Shown piece after piece: positions 38,468 through 50,705 of a stretch of DNA of 64,000 nt (position 1 is its first letter; the number at the start of each line of letters is the position of its first letter). The DNA lies in NCBI GenBank assembly GCA_009103225.1, contig RHPI01002402.1, forward strand, positions 715,412 to 779,411. Direction: 5' to 3'. The notes beneath the pieces are model-generated. The model saw nothing but the letters and a program-made list of their open reading frames with translations. It searched no databases and was not told where the DNA came from. The stretch is from Chlorokybus atmophyticus (taxonomy: Eukaryota > Plantae > Mesostigma and Chlorokybus algae). The position numbers and the translations under genes are program-made.

Positions 38468-41107
38468 CTACATAAAGTCTTGCCGAACCAACTCGAGCAC
38501 CTCCTTGATGCGCTCAATGGCTTTGGGATTCATGAAACCCTTGGCCTCTTGTAATAGCTTGCTGTTTTGCTGCTGTTCGTACGCGCGCAGGATGCTCTCA
38601 ACTGTCCCTACAAACCGCTCTGGGGAGCTGCGCATTGCCAAACACGCCGATGAGAACTGGCACATGCAACTTACACTTGAGACAGAGACACTTGTAAACA
38701 GCGTTGGTGCTGCCAACGCCCTTGCCTGCACTGTCATGGTTGCATCACTATGCCAGCACTGGCCATTGGCCAGACTACTGCGCAAGCTCGCAACCATGCT
38801 TGCAGCTCATGTCATCCAAGGAAAGAACATCCCAGCCATTTGTCAACAACTGCAACCAGTGGCAAGCAATGGCACCTGCTGAGGAAATCCTCTGTGGCGG
38901 TCTCATACTGCATGCCGGGCGTGAACGCCTCAGCCAACGCTGCGCGCCTCTCGTTGGGATCCTCCATGGACAAGACGTGTCGCAGGATGCGCACCTCATC
39001 CGGCATGTTACGGCCAAGGTTCTCCTTGGCCTTAAAATACAGGCTTCCCATCATCTCCACGATCTGTTCACACGCATATCGTCAACTGACATGTACAAGA
39101 AGCTGACTGGAGCGACCAGAGTGCAGTACATCAGAAGCGTACTTCGCTCTTTGGAGTGTTCTCCTTGCATGATGCATACATCTTTGCCATTGTGAGCAGA
39201 AGGGCCGAGTCCAGCTGGCCGTTGTCCGTCATTTCATCAATCTTTGCTTCTGCAGCGGCCATGTCACCTGCCTACAACACGCAGTATTTTTACCCAGCTC
39301 ACCCAAAAGCCCGCCAGGTAAACATATGTCTTGTCACAGCAGAGACACTGCGAACAAGTTGCACCCCAGCAACACACCCCATACCTGCAAGATCTCAATC
39401 ATCTTGGCTTGCGCAGTGGCCAAGGCCATCTGATCTTTGAGAATCTGCTCGTGCGCCTCAACCAGCGACAGCAAGCGCTGTGCGATTGTTAGCAGCTCTG
39501 AAAACAAGAATCAGTGAGTTGCAAAGCTCACGCCTCTCTCTTGATCCTGTCTGACATGAAATCAAGGCTTACTGTCACGCTCTTCTGCATCCGCAACAGC
39601 GTCAATCAGGTTCTTGAGATGGTCAAAGAAGTCGGAGTTGAACTCTTTGGCCCGATTAGCAACCAGCACATCCCACTGATCGGCCGGCGTCGCCAACACC
39701 TCATTGACCAGCTTATTGTGCTCTTCAAGCTGCTCCTCTGTCTACCGCACACATCCAATCAGCATGCCAATTGCGACTGTGAACACTTGTGTAAGACCAA
39801 ATCCTAACCTTGTGTAGCCGTTTGCGAAGCTGCATGAGTTCGGTCTTCTCTGCAGGGTCTTGCATGCGGGCAGCGATGCTCTCATCTATACGCTTGTACA
39901 CCTTGTCCCTTATCTTTGGCCACTGATTGCTGAAGGTTATGAGTCGACGCCACTCTGGCCTCGGCTTGCTGCGAAACAGCGCGATCAAGCGATCGCAAAC
40001 CTCCACAACTGACAACGCCTGCACATATACGCGATGTGTTGAAGAAGTAAAAGCAGATTTCCACATGTCCACATGTAGACAAACCCATCACATGTATACA
40101 AACGTTTGCTAATCGCAGTAGTCGAAAGAGTATGCAAGAACAATGAAGGTACCTTGTCGTCATCAGTGTCAAGCTGCTCCCCTTCGCTCGTGCTTGCGGC
40201 TTGACTGCCTTGTGATGTACCAGCAACGCCAGTCTCAGCTTCATTCTCCGTGATGGCAACGTCAGCATCCATCGCGTGCGCCCTTACTGCAGAAAGCAAC
40301 AAACTGAGTGCGCGTGCCCGCAGCTGCAAGCGCCCGTGCGTGCATGCATGTGCAAGGGAACCTCGCCCCTGAAAGAAGGGGAGAGGGGAGGGGGGGGGGG
40401 GGGGGGGNNNNNNNNNNNNNNNNNNNNNNNNNNNNNNNNNNNNNNNNNNNNNNNNNNNNNNNNNNNNNNNNNNNNNNNNNNNNNNNNNNNNNNNNNNNNN
40501 NNNNNNNNNNNNNNNNNNNNNNNNNNNNNNNNNNNNNNNNNNNNNNNNNNNNNNNNNNNNNNNNNNNNNNNNNNNNNNNNNNNNNNNNNNNNNNNNNNNN
40601 NNGGGGGGGGGGGGGGGGGGGGGGCACAACATCAAACTACCTACTAACACGCCTGCACCCATCAAAAACTTGGCAGTGGGCTGCACTGACGACCATAGCA
40701 AGCTGGCAAGCCAACGTATCACAAAATGCTCCGCAAGTAAAAGATGCACAAAAACACATAATGAAAAAAAGAACAACTGCAACTGCGCTGGAAAGAGAGC
40801 ACTAGCATGCATGCTGCAATCTCCCACACACACCTGTGAGCGTTGAAAGGCGGCGAGCTTGAGTGCTGGAGGCGCAAACAGCTGCAGCTCCGCAGCCCTC
40901 GCCTAGCCCTCTAGCAACCAGCCTGCTGCAATCCGCTGCAGCTGGCGCCGCCGGCAGGCCAACGCCTCGCCTGCCGGCTGCGCTAGCAGCAGTGACAACA
41001 ACACCGACGTCCCTGCGCCTGGGCTGAGGCTGCCTGCACCCCGTAGAAGACGGCGTGGCTGCCACCGACACCGCCGTCGTCCTCCCCGCCGCCGCCGCCG
41101 CCGCCAT
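38468..41107 (-). CDS. Plastid-targeted At4g37920/CDB1-like protein
   Basis: Ala/Arg/Ser-rich transit peptide; VCDRLIALFRSKPRPEWRRLITFSNQW; LYFKAKENLGRNMPDEVRILRHVLSMEDPNERRAALAEAFTPG; C-terminal LLQEAKGFMNPKAIERI. Family recognised from memory of the plant proteins. Confidence 0.75.
40408..40602. other. Assembly gap (N run) flanked by G runs, intronic
   Basis: N run directly visible, with long G runs on both sides. Confidence 0.95.
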
Positions 41108-41163
41108 GGTGACTCTGAATGCTCCACGCGCCACGGGTAAGGGTTTTGGCCTGGTGGGCGGCG

Positions 41164-42118
41164 ATGGCGGGGCGGCGGGAGGGGGAAGAGGTGGTGGAGC
41201 AGGAGGATGTAGGGGAGGAGGTGGAGGAGGAGTCGGCTGCGTTGCGTCGGGGCAGGGCTGCGCTGCTGTACCGGCGCATGCGGGTAGGCATCTCTGACGG
41301 CCGCGTGCTGGAGGGGCTGTTCCACTGCCTGGACAAGCAGGTAACTGGCGCCACACACGCACAGGGCTGACACGACACACCTGAGCAGCGGACGGCAATG
41401 TTCTGCTGCTTGCTTCTCACTAACAGGGTCAAATGTTGAGGAGAGGGATTGGGATGCAAGTCAGTCTGCTTGCACCTTGTATGTGCGCAAGCTTGCTCAG
41501 CCTTGCTCTCAGTAGGCACGCCAGCATGCACTTGCAGGGCATTGCTGGAAGCTCATGCCAGCCTCATCGGGTAGTCATTGTTCTCGTCGCTACCAAGAGC
41601 AATCAGTTCACAGCAAGCATGCTCCTGTTGTTTGTTGCCAGTGACCCAGCAAACTGTGCAGCATTGTGCTGTTGTCTTCCAAAGCTTGCGACCTTCTCCA
41701 GTGCGCATTATTGCATACGCGGCAGCTGTTCAATGCTGTGCTGAAGTCAGTTAACTAGCTGTTTTCGAGGTTTTAGCTTCTTTCGACAACCCTGCAGACT
41801 TCTTGCCGGCTGTCCAGCTTTGCTACCAGCAGCTGCTTCACAATTTGCACATGGACACGCCTTACAGCAGACATATGTTCTTTTGTGCGAGTCTTCAGCG
41901 CTAGAGCACACTAGTCTGCGGCTACTTGCTACTTGAATACGCCTTGCTGACTGTATTATCCTCAACAGGGGAACATCATCCTGATGGACACAGCTCAAGT
42001 GACGCCGTCGGGAGAGCGTCGGCCGCTCGGGCAGGTCTTGGTGCCAGCCGCACATCGCACCTCCCTGCACATTGAGACGGCCTCGGCCGAGGAGGAGATG
42101 AGGGTGCTCGCGCTGTAG
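41164..42118 (+). CDS. NAA38: LSm-domain protein, NatC auxiliary subunit NAA38/LSMD1/MAK31-like, 2 exons
   Basis: LLYRRMRVGISDGRVLEGLFHCLDKQ|GNIILMDT (Sm1) ... RRPLGQVLVPAAH (Sm2); intron at about 41341-41968; stop TAG at 42116-42118. Confidence 0.8.
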
Positions 42119-42859
42119 CTGAGCAGCACAAGCGATGTCTGGAACGCATTGCCACTGCTGCGCTGAACAAGTTACTTCTCTCCTGTCGGACAAACACTCG
42201 CAGCACTTAAAATTGCACAGGTATAGTCTGGATGATTACTTCACAGGTTGCGTACCAAGAATGCAGGTTACACATATGCGCACACACAAATGTATGTAAG
42301 CATTTTGGGTTCCGCGCGTGTACAGACATATTTGGGTGGCCTCGCAGGAAGAAAATGGCAGCGTGTGGCCAAGCAGCAGACAAGTGGAGCAGCAGAAGCG
42401 CTTGCTTGAGCTCACCCTGCCACCAACATGTGCTGCTAAGCCAGCATGGTGGTTGCAAGCGCGGCAAGCGGGTATGTGGGCCAGAGCGCCATTGCAGACT
42501 TGGCTGCTAACATACCAGGGATCCGCTGCAGTCAGCTACTGGCGCATTCCTTGTATTAGTGAGAGAGGGTTACTGGCGCATGGGCTGGCCAGCACAGCTT
42601 ACTGTCACCAAACTTGCATTGGGGCTAAGACGGGCATTTGGCGTAGATTTGGGGCAATTGCATCTGCACGCTGCGGGATGTCGCAGCTGCGAAAGTGATT
42701 ATCTAACCTCGTCGTTCAATCGAAATATTGCAATAGTATCAATGCAAATGTGATTGAACACTGTCCCAATCAGATTGCCCTATGCCTGCGTAGAAATCAA
42801 ACAATGAGGGTGGCATGTTTGGCACATGCAGCAGTGACAGTGGCGCAACACAAATCATC

Positions 42860-42887
42860 ACCACCACCACCACCACCACCACCACCG
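42860..42887. repeat. (CCA)n microsatellite
   Basis: caccaccaccaccaccaccaccaccacc. Confidence 0.8.
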
Positions 42888-43470
42888 GGCTATATACACT
42901 AGCAGCAGCATACCCCTTCTATACACGAAGTCACTAACTACCCTTGCTGGCGCCCTCAACCCCATGCAACTTCACCATTTGTTCACATGGCCTGCCAAGT
43001 TTGACAAAGTGAATACACCACTGCTGGCAACAAGTTGAGCAGAGGTTCACACACTACAGAACACCATTTCACCGCATCATCTTTGCAACTGCTGTTGGTC
43101 GGCTGAGTGCCTGTATCCTCAACAGCTAATACACTTCAACAAACTCTGCATCAAACAGCTCCTGTAGCCAAACGGTATACACATAATACGACATCACTTA
43201 CACATGTACAATTGTACGAAGTTAATGACAGCCCACTCTACTGCACTAGTTGTCGCTAAGGGAAGAGCCTGCCAGATACACTACACTATACTCAGGTGTG
43301 CTGATTCGTCACTTGTTTACCAGCAACACCCACAGGGATAGATGCACAGGGCTTTTACCCAGACAAGTGTGTACAGCATACAACAAGAAGAGAATACAGA
43401 TGGCAGGGGCAGGCAGGGGAATTATATCATGCCAGCCTTCAAGGCAATATGTGGCTGCTGAACCCGCCGG

Positions 43471-45282
43471 TTAATGATGTTCGCTTGTGATGCGGGTCAT
43501 GGTTGGCGCCTCGGGTACGCCCAAGCGCGCCTGCAGCGCCCCCTGCCGTATTTGCGCTGCTACGCTGCCAATGGCGCCGGGCTCGTGCGGCATGAACACC
43601 TGCGGATGGCCACAAGTCAGTGACTCATGTCGATGGGTTGGATAAGAAAAAACATAATGGCAGTAGCAGTTGAGGACAATTCGCCATACCGCTGTTGACT
43701 TGTTGTGCATGCCAATGTCGCGCAGCGTGTCGAAGTACTGCGTGATCATCATAAGGTCCATGACATCACGCGGGCTGGTGTCCTGCAAGTGCACAAGGCA
43801 TGTCAGTTCAGGATTCAAAGTCACACTAGCCACACCATTTCAGCGTTTCACCAATCTCACTACCTTGACATTCTCAGAAAACATCACGACGCTCTCGCGC
43901 AGCCCATTGACAATCGCCTGGCGCTGGCGGGAAATACCCACACCAGCCAGATACTTGCTCTCGGCATCGGCTTCAGCTCCCTTTACTATGCGCACCTTCT
44001 CAGCCTCAGCCTTGTCCACAGCAGCAACACTGCCATGCACAAGGATGATCAGGATACACTCGAATGTATGCAAGTTATGTTTAATGTCAGTAGGAACCCA
44101 CTCACCGCAAGCGGGCAGCAGCATTGATTTCGTTCATGGCCTGTTTGACGCGTGCATCGGGCACAATATCTGTAACAAGGGCGGAGTGGATATCATAACC
44201 GAAGGCGCCAATGACTTTGGTCAGCTCGGTCTTGACCGCCTGTGCAATGTCGTCCTTGACCTCAAACACGTCGTCCAGCTTGATTTTCGGAACAGTAGAC
44301 CGCACCACATCAAAGACATACGAGCGGATTTGCGTATGAGGGTCTGTCAGCTGCAGCGAGCCAGCGGGTATCAGCTTTTCATGTTGCCAATCTCATAACG
44401 ACACTGGCTAGTTATTGGCAGGATCAGCTTGTCTCTCACCTTATAGTAGGCATCGTAAACGTTGGCTTTGACAACTTCATACTGCACAGCAACAAATATC
44501 TTATACCAGCGGCGTTGCATGTTTTATGTAGCACGTAGACTCACCCACACCCGCACCCACGCACAGGTACAAACTCACAAATGCACATGCACATGCACAT
44601 GCATGCTTGTGCGCGCAAACACACACGCACCAACACAGGCATGCTTAACTTCGTGAGGCTGTGTTTCTACATCGCAAGCACACATAGGTCATACCACAGA
44701 GACAGCAGGAAAGCCAATAATAACATGTTTTCTCACTTGTACACTAACGACAACGGTCACAAAGACGTTGTCTTTGGTCTTGGTCTCGCAAGACACGTCC
44801 AACTGCTGAAGACGCAAACTGATCTTTCCAGTCTGGAACTCTCCACAGCAACTGCAAGCAACAAACATGCAATAAGCCGAACAAACATGCAGTGCGAGCA
44901 CAAGTGGCCCTCGTGGCCACCAGCCGCACTAGCTTGCAAACATGCAACCAGGTCCAAGTGTCATGAAGAACAGCGTTTGCAGCAGCTCAAGCCAAGCAGC
45001 ATGAAGGTCAAGCCCAGTGAGGCGTTTCAGGCATGGGGGCATGCTTGACAGCGCTTCAGCGCAAGCAAACACGCTCAAGCAGCACAGATAACCACCAGCT
45101 TGTACGAGGACGTGAGTATGCTTTGCCTGAAGACACTGAGCAGCAAGCCAACTGGGCGCAAGCATGGTTCAGGCTCACCAGCAGAGGAAGTTGAAACCCG
45201 GCTCGGCGAAGCGCTGGAATTTGCCAAACTTCTCAATGACGCCCAGGGTGGACGTCTCAGGGCAGCTGCAGCACGCACCCAT
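43471..45282 (-). CDS. HIR: Hypersensitive-induced response protein (band 7/SPFH family)
   Basis: [22 protein letters not shown] (myristoyl/palmitoyl-type N-terminus); [22 protein letters not shown]; [15 protein letters not shown]; [42 protein letters not shown]; [14 protein letters not shown]. Confidence 0.93.
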
Positions 45283-45892
45283 AATGCTTCGAACTTCCCC
45301 GCCGCTCCCGCCGCCGCCGCCGCCAACACCGCCGCCACACCAACCTGGACGCTAAAGCTTTCACACCGTACTTCGTTTCTCCCTTCAACGGCTAAGCAGC
45401 CAATTGAGTAAGCCTTCCCGCCATAACGGAATGGGCTTCGCAACACTTGACTGCCCGCTTTATAAGAGCCTACATGCGAGTGTGTAATCAGACGTGAGAT
45501 AAGCGAACTAGCACACAACAACAGTGCTCTTCCGTCTGGAATCCGTGACATGAGATTCCACAGAAAATGCTTGTGCTCTGACAGGCGCCTTAGTCAGCCC
45601 TAAGATTCCAAAACGCGTTCATCCTGGTCATGACACATCAGCAAAGGAATTTGCAGTTCGTGCCCGGGAATCAGGGGAGCACGTCGCATCATCGTGGCGT
45701 TATGACAACCGCCACAGGATTCATGTTTTCATCATGATTCCTCTGTGCTGCGAGTGTCGTCACTGGTCGTCATTCAACTGGGTTGAATGAACAAAAGCCC
45801 TACCATGACTCATGACAGGGCTTTTATCGTTGTTGAAAGGACAGGTCCTCGCTTGCCAATCGGGGTCGTCGAAACCGGATGCGACCGAGAGC

Positions 45893-45907
45893 AAACCCTA
45901 ACCCTAG
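45893..45907 (+). promoter_or_regulatory. Telo-box (AAACCCTAACCCTAG) upstream of PPIL3
   Basis: Matches the plant telo-box AAACCCTA, ~170 bp upstream of the ATG. Confidence 0.55.
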
Positions 45908-46077
45908 TTCTCACGCAGACGCAAACGTTGTCCTACTACTCGTCCTTGTGCAGGGCGTCACCCGTCACCGTCGCCGTCTGTTGGGTGTTCCTGCACTGCA
46001 GCTTAGCGGCGGACGGTGTGCTTGTGAGCAGTAGCAAGCGGTGGAGAGCGGGCTGCCCTGCGCTGGTGGCCTTTGTG

Positions 46078-47720
46078 ATGGTGAGCTGGCTGGGGGAATG
46101 TTGCATTGCATGCGAGCAGAAGCCGGTAAGGCGAATGCGTGCGTAATGCAGGGGTTTAAGCTGACAAATTGTTGCATTGGTGGTGTGTGCAGTCCGTTAC
46201 ACTGCATACAAACTTGGGAGAGATTAAGTGCGAGATATTCTGCGACGAGGTTCCAAAGGCAGCCGAGGTATGAGTCTCTGTTGACTTGTTGAGGTGTTGA
46301 ATTGTTGTTATTATGAATATTGAGTTATCAATATTGAATTTGCAATATTGCAATGCATCAAACTGGTGTGTCTCATTGTTTGCTTTTGCGTGCTTGCTTC
46401 CTTTCCAGTTCTGCATTTAGTCCAGGTGGTTCTGTGCATGCCACCGTTATCAGCTGTGCTTATCTCATTGCACTCCTTGCTTGCAATGTGCACTCATTAG
46501 TGATGACTCATCACATTCCCAAGTCCACAGTGATATCTTTGTGGATCGTGATCGTGAAAGTGCCTGCATATATACTCTTGTGCCATAAACAAGCTTCGCA
46601 GACAACCTGACTGCGACGCTTGCACGCATATTCTCAGTATGTTGTGCATGGGCTGCAGTGAGGTAGGTCATCACCTGTCGTTCTTGAGGCGACGAGCGCC
46701 AGTTCGCAAGCATGCAGCATCGCGTGCCCGCTCATTCAATCTGGATAGCATGCAATGTTTATTCACTTGCACTTTGCATTCGGTCGGTGTTTGCTCGCCC
46801 ACTTAGCTGCTGACCAGTATTCGTGCTGCGGCACATTTCTTCACGCAGAACTTCCTTGCGCTGTGTGCGAGCGGGTTCTACGATGGCACCATATTCCACA
46901 GGTGCGAATTCACCGCCTCTTGACCATAGCTAGCCAGAACATGCTTCTACATCAAGCGCACACACCTGCTTCGTTGACCACCTGTTGGTGCGCAGAAACA
47001 TCAAAGGCTTCATGATACAAGGCGGCGATCCGACAGGTACAACCATAGGCAGTGTACAACCTTTGGTTTGTCTTTGTGATTGCTCGGCAGTATTGGCTGA
47101 ACTACTGCTTCAAGTTGCGTGCCTTTGTGTTTCTGGTTTGCCACAGGCACTGGCAAAGGTGGCACCAGCATATGGGGAAAGAAGTTCACGGATGAGATAA
47201 GGGACAACCTCAAGGTGAGTGGTCATGCAAACAATGTACAGTCATTGTATCTAACCTGCGTGCAAAGTCTTTGACCGAGAGCTTTTCGTAATAGCACAAT
47301 GCGCGTGGGACACTGTCGATGGCGAACAGTGGTCCGAACACCAACGGCAGCCAGTTTTTCATTTCCTACGCCAAGCAGCCTCACCTGAACGGTGTGTATG
47401 GTGTTGATGTGGTTGTCTCGCAGTATGCATTGTACCAATGCCACTGCTTTAGGCTGAACTGGCTGAGACACAACAATGCATGGTTGCAGGGCTGTACACC
47501 ATTTTTGGCAAGGTTATATCGGGGTTTGAAACTCTTGACCTCATGGAGAAGGTGGGCCATTGCTGATGCGGCGTGAACAAACATGTTGGGTACTTTCGAT
47601 TTTTGTACAGATGCTGAGTTTACTGCATAATTGCAGACGCCAACCGGGCCGGGTGACAGGCCCCTTGCAGAGATACGGTTAAATCGCGTAACAATTCATG
47701 CGAACCCCTTGGCCTCATAG
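46078..47720 (+). CDS. PPIL3: Cyclophilin, PPIL3/CYP18-1 type
   Basis: ATG|GT first exon; [25 protein letters not shown]|NFLALCASG; [17 protein letters not shown]; [15 protein letters not shown]; [10 protein letters not shown]. Confidence 0.93.
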
Positions 47721-49135
47721 ATTCTGAGGGGTAGCTGAGGCTGATGGCTGCGTGCGACACATACAACCCGTCCACACTTGTTGCTGGTGCCCCTGGTACC
47801 GGGCTCATTCAGGACGATATTGAACTTGCCAAGGGCTGAAGCAGTCTGGCTGCCAGGCAGGGTATCTGGTCAAAGGTGTGGTGTGCGTGAAGTTACCTGC
47901 GAACACTGTTCCACTGCCACGCTTGGCTGGCAATGCACACACATGAAGGCAAGGGGCAAGCCGGATTGGCAGTGACACTGGCTTGCAGTCAATATGCGGA
48001 GGTGGCGATGACCACAACAGTGCTCCGGGCCCAACCATGTTGGCAAGATTTGCGCCATTGGTTTGATATAAAACAATGATATAGTCTCTGAACGTTTCTA
48101 CACTGTATGCGTCCCTTGGGTCCTCTTGTAAATGAAATGATGCGAGATGATGCCATGAAATGCACCTTTTTAGCTTGCTATTTGTTCGGCGATTTGACTA
48201 ATAGCAGTGATGGCCCCTGCACTGCACTATGTTGCAGTTACTGCACAAGTACTGTGCATGCATTTGTGATGGCAGCCGCAGGACACCTGACTGATACCAC
48301 TCATCTTATGCACGTTGACAGTTGCCTCTCACATACCTAGGTCAATAGTATAGTTGGCCCCAATATGCACGGCCTCACATGCTCGCGCGCATTGCGTGGG
48401 CTTCTCCTCTCCACACCTGCACTCACACTCACCTCACGCAACCCGCCCTACTCATCCCGCAAACCCACATCAACGAGCCCATCCATTTGTGCGATTGCAC
48501 CCTATCAAGAGTATCCTTCCGCCAACATAGAGTGCATTGCAGTGCAAGTGCGAGCAGCGACGCAGTTGGTTTCACAGAGTGTGCTTAAGGTCCATTGTAC
48601 TCTGTGCGGAAACGTTCAGGTCAAAGCATGCCTTCTCGCACCACACCTCAATACATGATGATGACAGTTTGCAGGCTTCAGACCAATGCTACCAAGTTGC
48701 AGATGTCGCAGCACACAGGACAGAGGCCGCAATTCGAGCCAAGCCTTATGTGGCTGCCCACAGTTGTTGATGTGTCAACTGCTTTCAGATGGTCCATCAA
48801 GCTGGTGTGACACAGCACTACCAATGTGCTGTGCTGTATGGACAATGTGACAACAACAATGTGCTTGGCGCAGGCTGGCACTGCAGCAAAGGGCATTTGT
48901 GTTCTCTGCATCACCCGCATGACAGCCAACAACAAGGCTGCCTGGGTTTGACCCAACAAACAATCAACCCTACAAAAGGATACACCTCCAAGACAAAGCT
49001 TTGGCAATAGTATTATTACAGAGACATAAACCAATGTACAGCCGAACCCTAGCTAACATCCACAAAAGTTTGTTAATAACTGTTCCTCCAACACACAAAA
49101 CTGGTATGTACTGGTGAAGTGGTAGCCCACACTAT

Positions 49136-50419
49136 TCACTGCGCCGTGGTAATGCCGTCATGATGAGAACAGAGATCAACCTGCACAGGCATATGGTTGA
49201 ATAACCACAAAAAATGCAACAAGCAAAAAACTTTTGAGCGGGGCATCAGGAGCTCAGGATCAATGTTGAAATTCATGATGTCTTCATCAAGTTTGAGGTT
49301 GATACAATCATCACAGCTCCCAATAACCACTCAAGGTGCCAACCAGCAAGTGAAAGAGCTCAGCTTGGATCAAGTAGAATCACTCAGATTGTCATTTAGA
49401 AGTTCATTGTCAAGAACATCACCGCTCACACTGGCTGGCACCAACACAACAAGCACACCACCCCGCACCGCAACACACATCAACACACTCACCTCAATCC
49501 GAATCTCGTTATGCCTGTTGAATGGCTGAAACGGGTCCTCATACTGCGTGACAGAATACACTTCTCGGCTGATCTCCACACCCTCTTCGGCCATGTCGGA
49601 CACCAGCGTGGAAGCCTCGACGGGAACAGAGTCATCATCAGCATAGCCGGAGAACTGCCGCACGGCAAAGCAGAGAGGTTTGGGATGGTGATAGATGATG
49701 ATGTTGGAGTCGTTCAGCGGCTGAGGTGGTTGGCCCTTCCACGACTGCGGGACCGGGAAGAAGACCATGAACTCGCTCTCGCAGAAGGGTCCAGGCCCAG
49801 GATGCACCACTGTTGCAACTGGGGCAGTCATCTCCACCGTCTTGTTGTCCTTGTTGGAGCCTTGGATGTAGTCAAAGAGCTGCATGCACAAAGAAGGTGA
49901 GCACGCAGTTCGATTATCAAATGCAGCAAGCAACAATCACTGGTATACGCAGTCCTTTTTCTATGCATGTTCTCGCGATGGTGTTCATTCAGCACACAGA
50001 CGGCTACCAGTCATACTAACAACTGTTTGCTTGTCCTGCAAGGCTGACCAGCAAGCTGCACAGTGTGCACGACAACTACCACTCACCATCTTGAAGCCGG
50101 CCATAGTGGCGTGCTTGAACGAGGTGTCGTGTATGCCAAGTGCGCCGGCGAACGTGTAGTTCTCGTACAACCGGACCTCGAACCCCTTGTGCTTGCGGAC
50201 CGTGGCGAACTTGGGGCACTCCAGGTCACCGCACGAGGGGTCGCGCTTGAACTCCGGCTGCGGGGGGCGGCGTGCTCCGGCTGCTGCCAGCCCTCCCAGG
50301 CGCCGGGCAGGGACGGCCTCCGCCCCTCTCGAAGCGCAGCAAGCGGACAGGAAAAGAAGCTGCAGAAGGGCGACGGCAAAGGCGCCGCTGCCCAGCAGCG
50401 CCAGGCGGCGGCTGGCCAT
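49136..50419 (-). CDS. SOUL heme-binding protein with signal peptide, 3 exons
   Basis: ECPKFATVRKHKGFEVRLY; GFKM|LFDYIQGSNKDNKTVEMTAPV; FAVRQFSGYA; QYEDPFQPFNRHNEI. Last intron 49181-49492 (GTGAGT...TGCAG) is followed by the short exon VDLCSHHDGITTAQ*. Confidence 0.88.
49249..49320 (-). ncRNA. Intronic box C/D snoRNA (downstream copy)
   Basis: GGAGC-U-GUGAUGA...CUGA-GCUCC: perfect C box, D box and 5-bp terminal stem; 72 nt; inside the SOUL last intron, same strand. Confidence 0.8.
49356..49427 (-). ncRNA. Intronic box C/D snoRNA (upstream copy)
   Basis: GAGC-G-GUGAUGU (C) ... CUGA (D') GUGAUUC (C') ... CUGA (D)-GCUC; 4-bp terminal stem; 72 nt. Confidence 0.7.
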
Positions 50420-50705
50420 GCCGGAGTTCTACGCCTCTCTCGCCTCAGCGCTCAGCCTGGGCTGCACAGACGGAATAGGCAGTACCGCTCACGCTACCAG
50501 CCGGCTTGCACAACTACGCCACCGCCGCCGCCGCCGCCGCCGCCACAATCTCCACAGCCACGTCAGATCTGACTGCCGGCATGCTGGGGTTTGTGGAGAT
50601 CTCCGCCGCCAATGCGCTGCATTGAGCGAGACCCTAGTGACACCCTCCATAACCGTCATTGTGCAAATCGCTCAAGACCGTATTGAGCCGAGTTGAATCC
50701 CTGAC

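Noticed and set aside
48973-48982. Perfect GTATCCTTTT U12 donor on the minus strand downstream of the SOUL stop (also GTATCCTTCC at 48511 on +)
   Set aside because: No matching branch point or acceptor found and no exon evidence; would need RNA-seq junctions.
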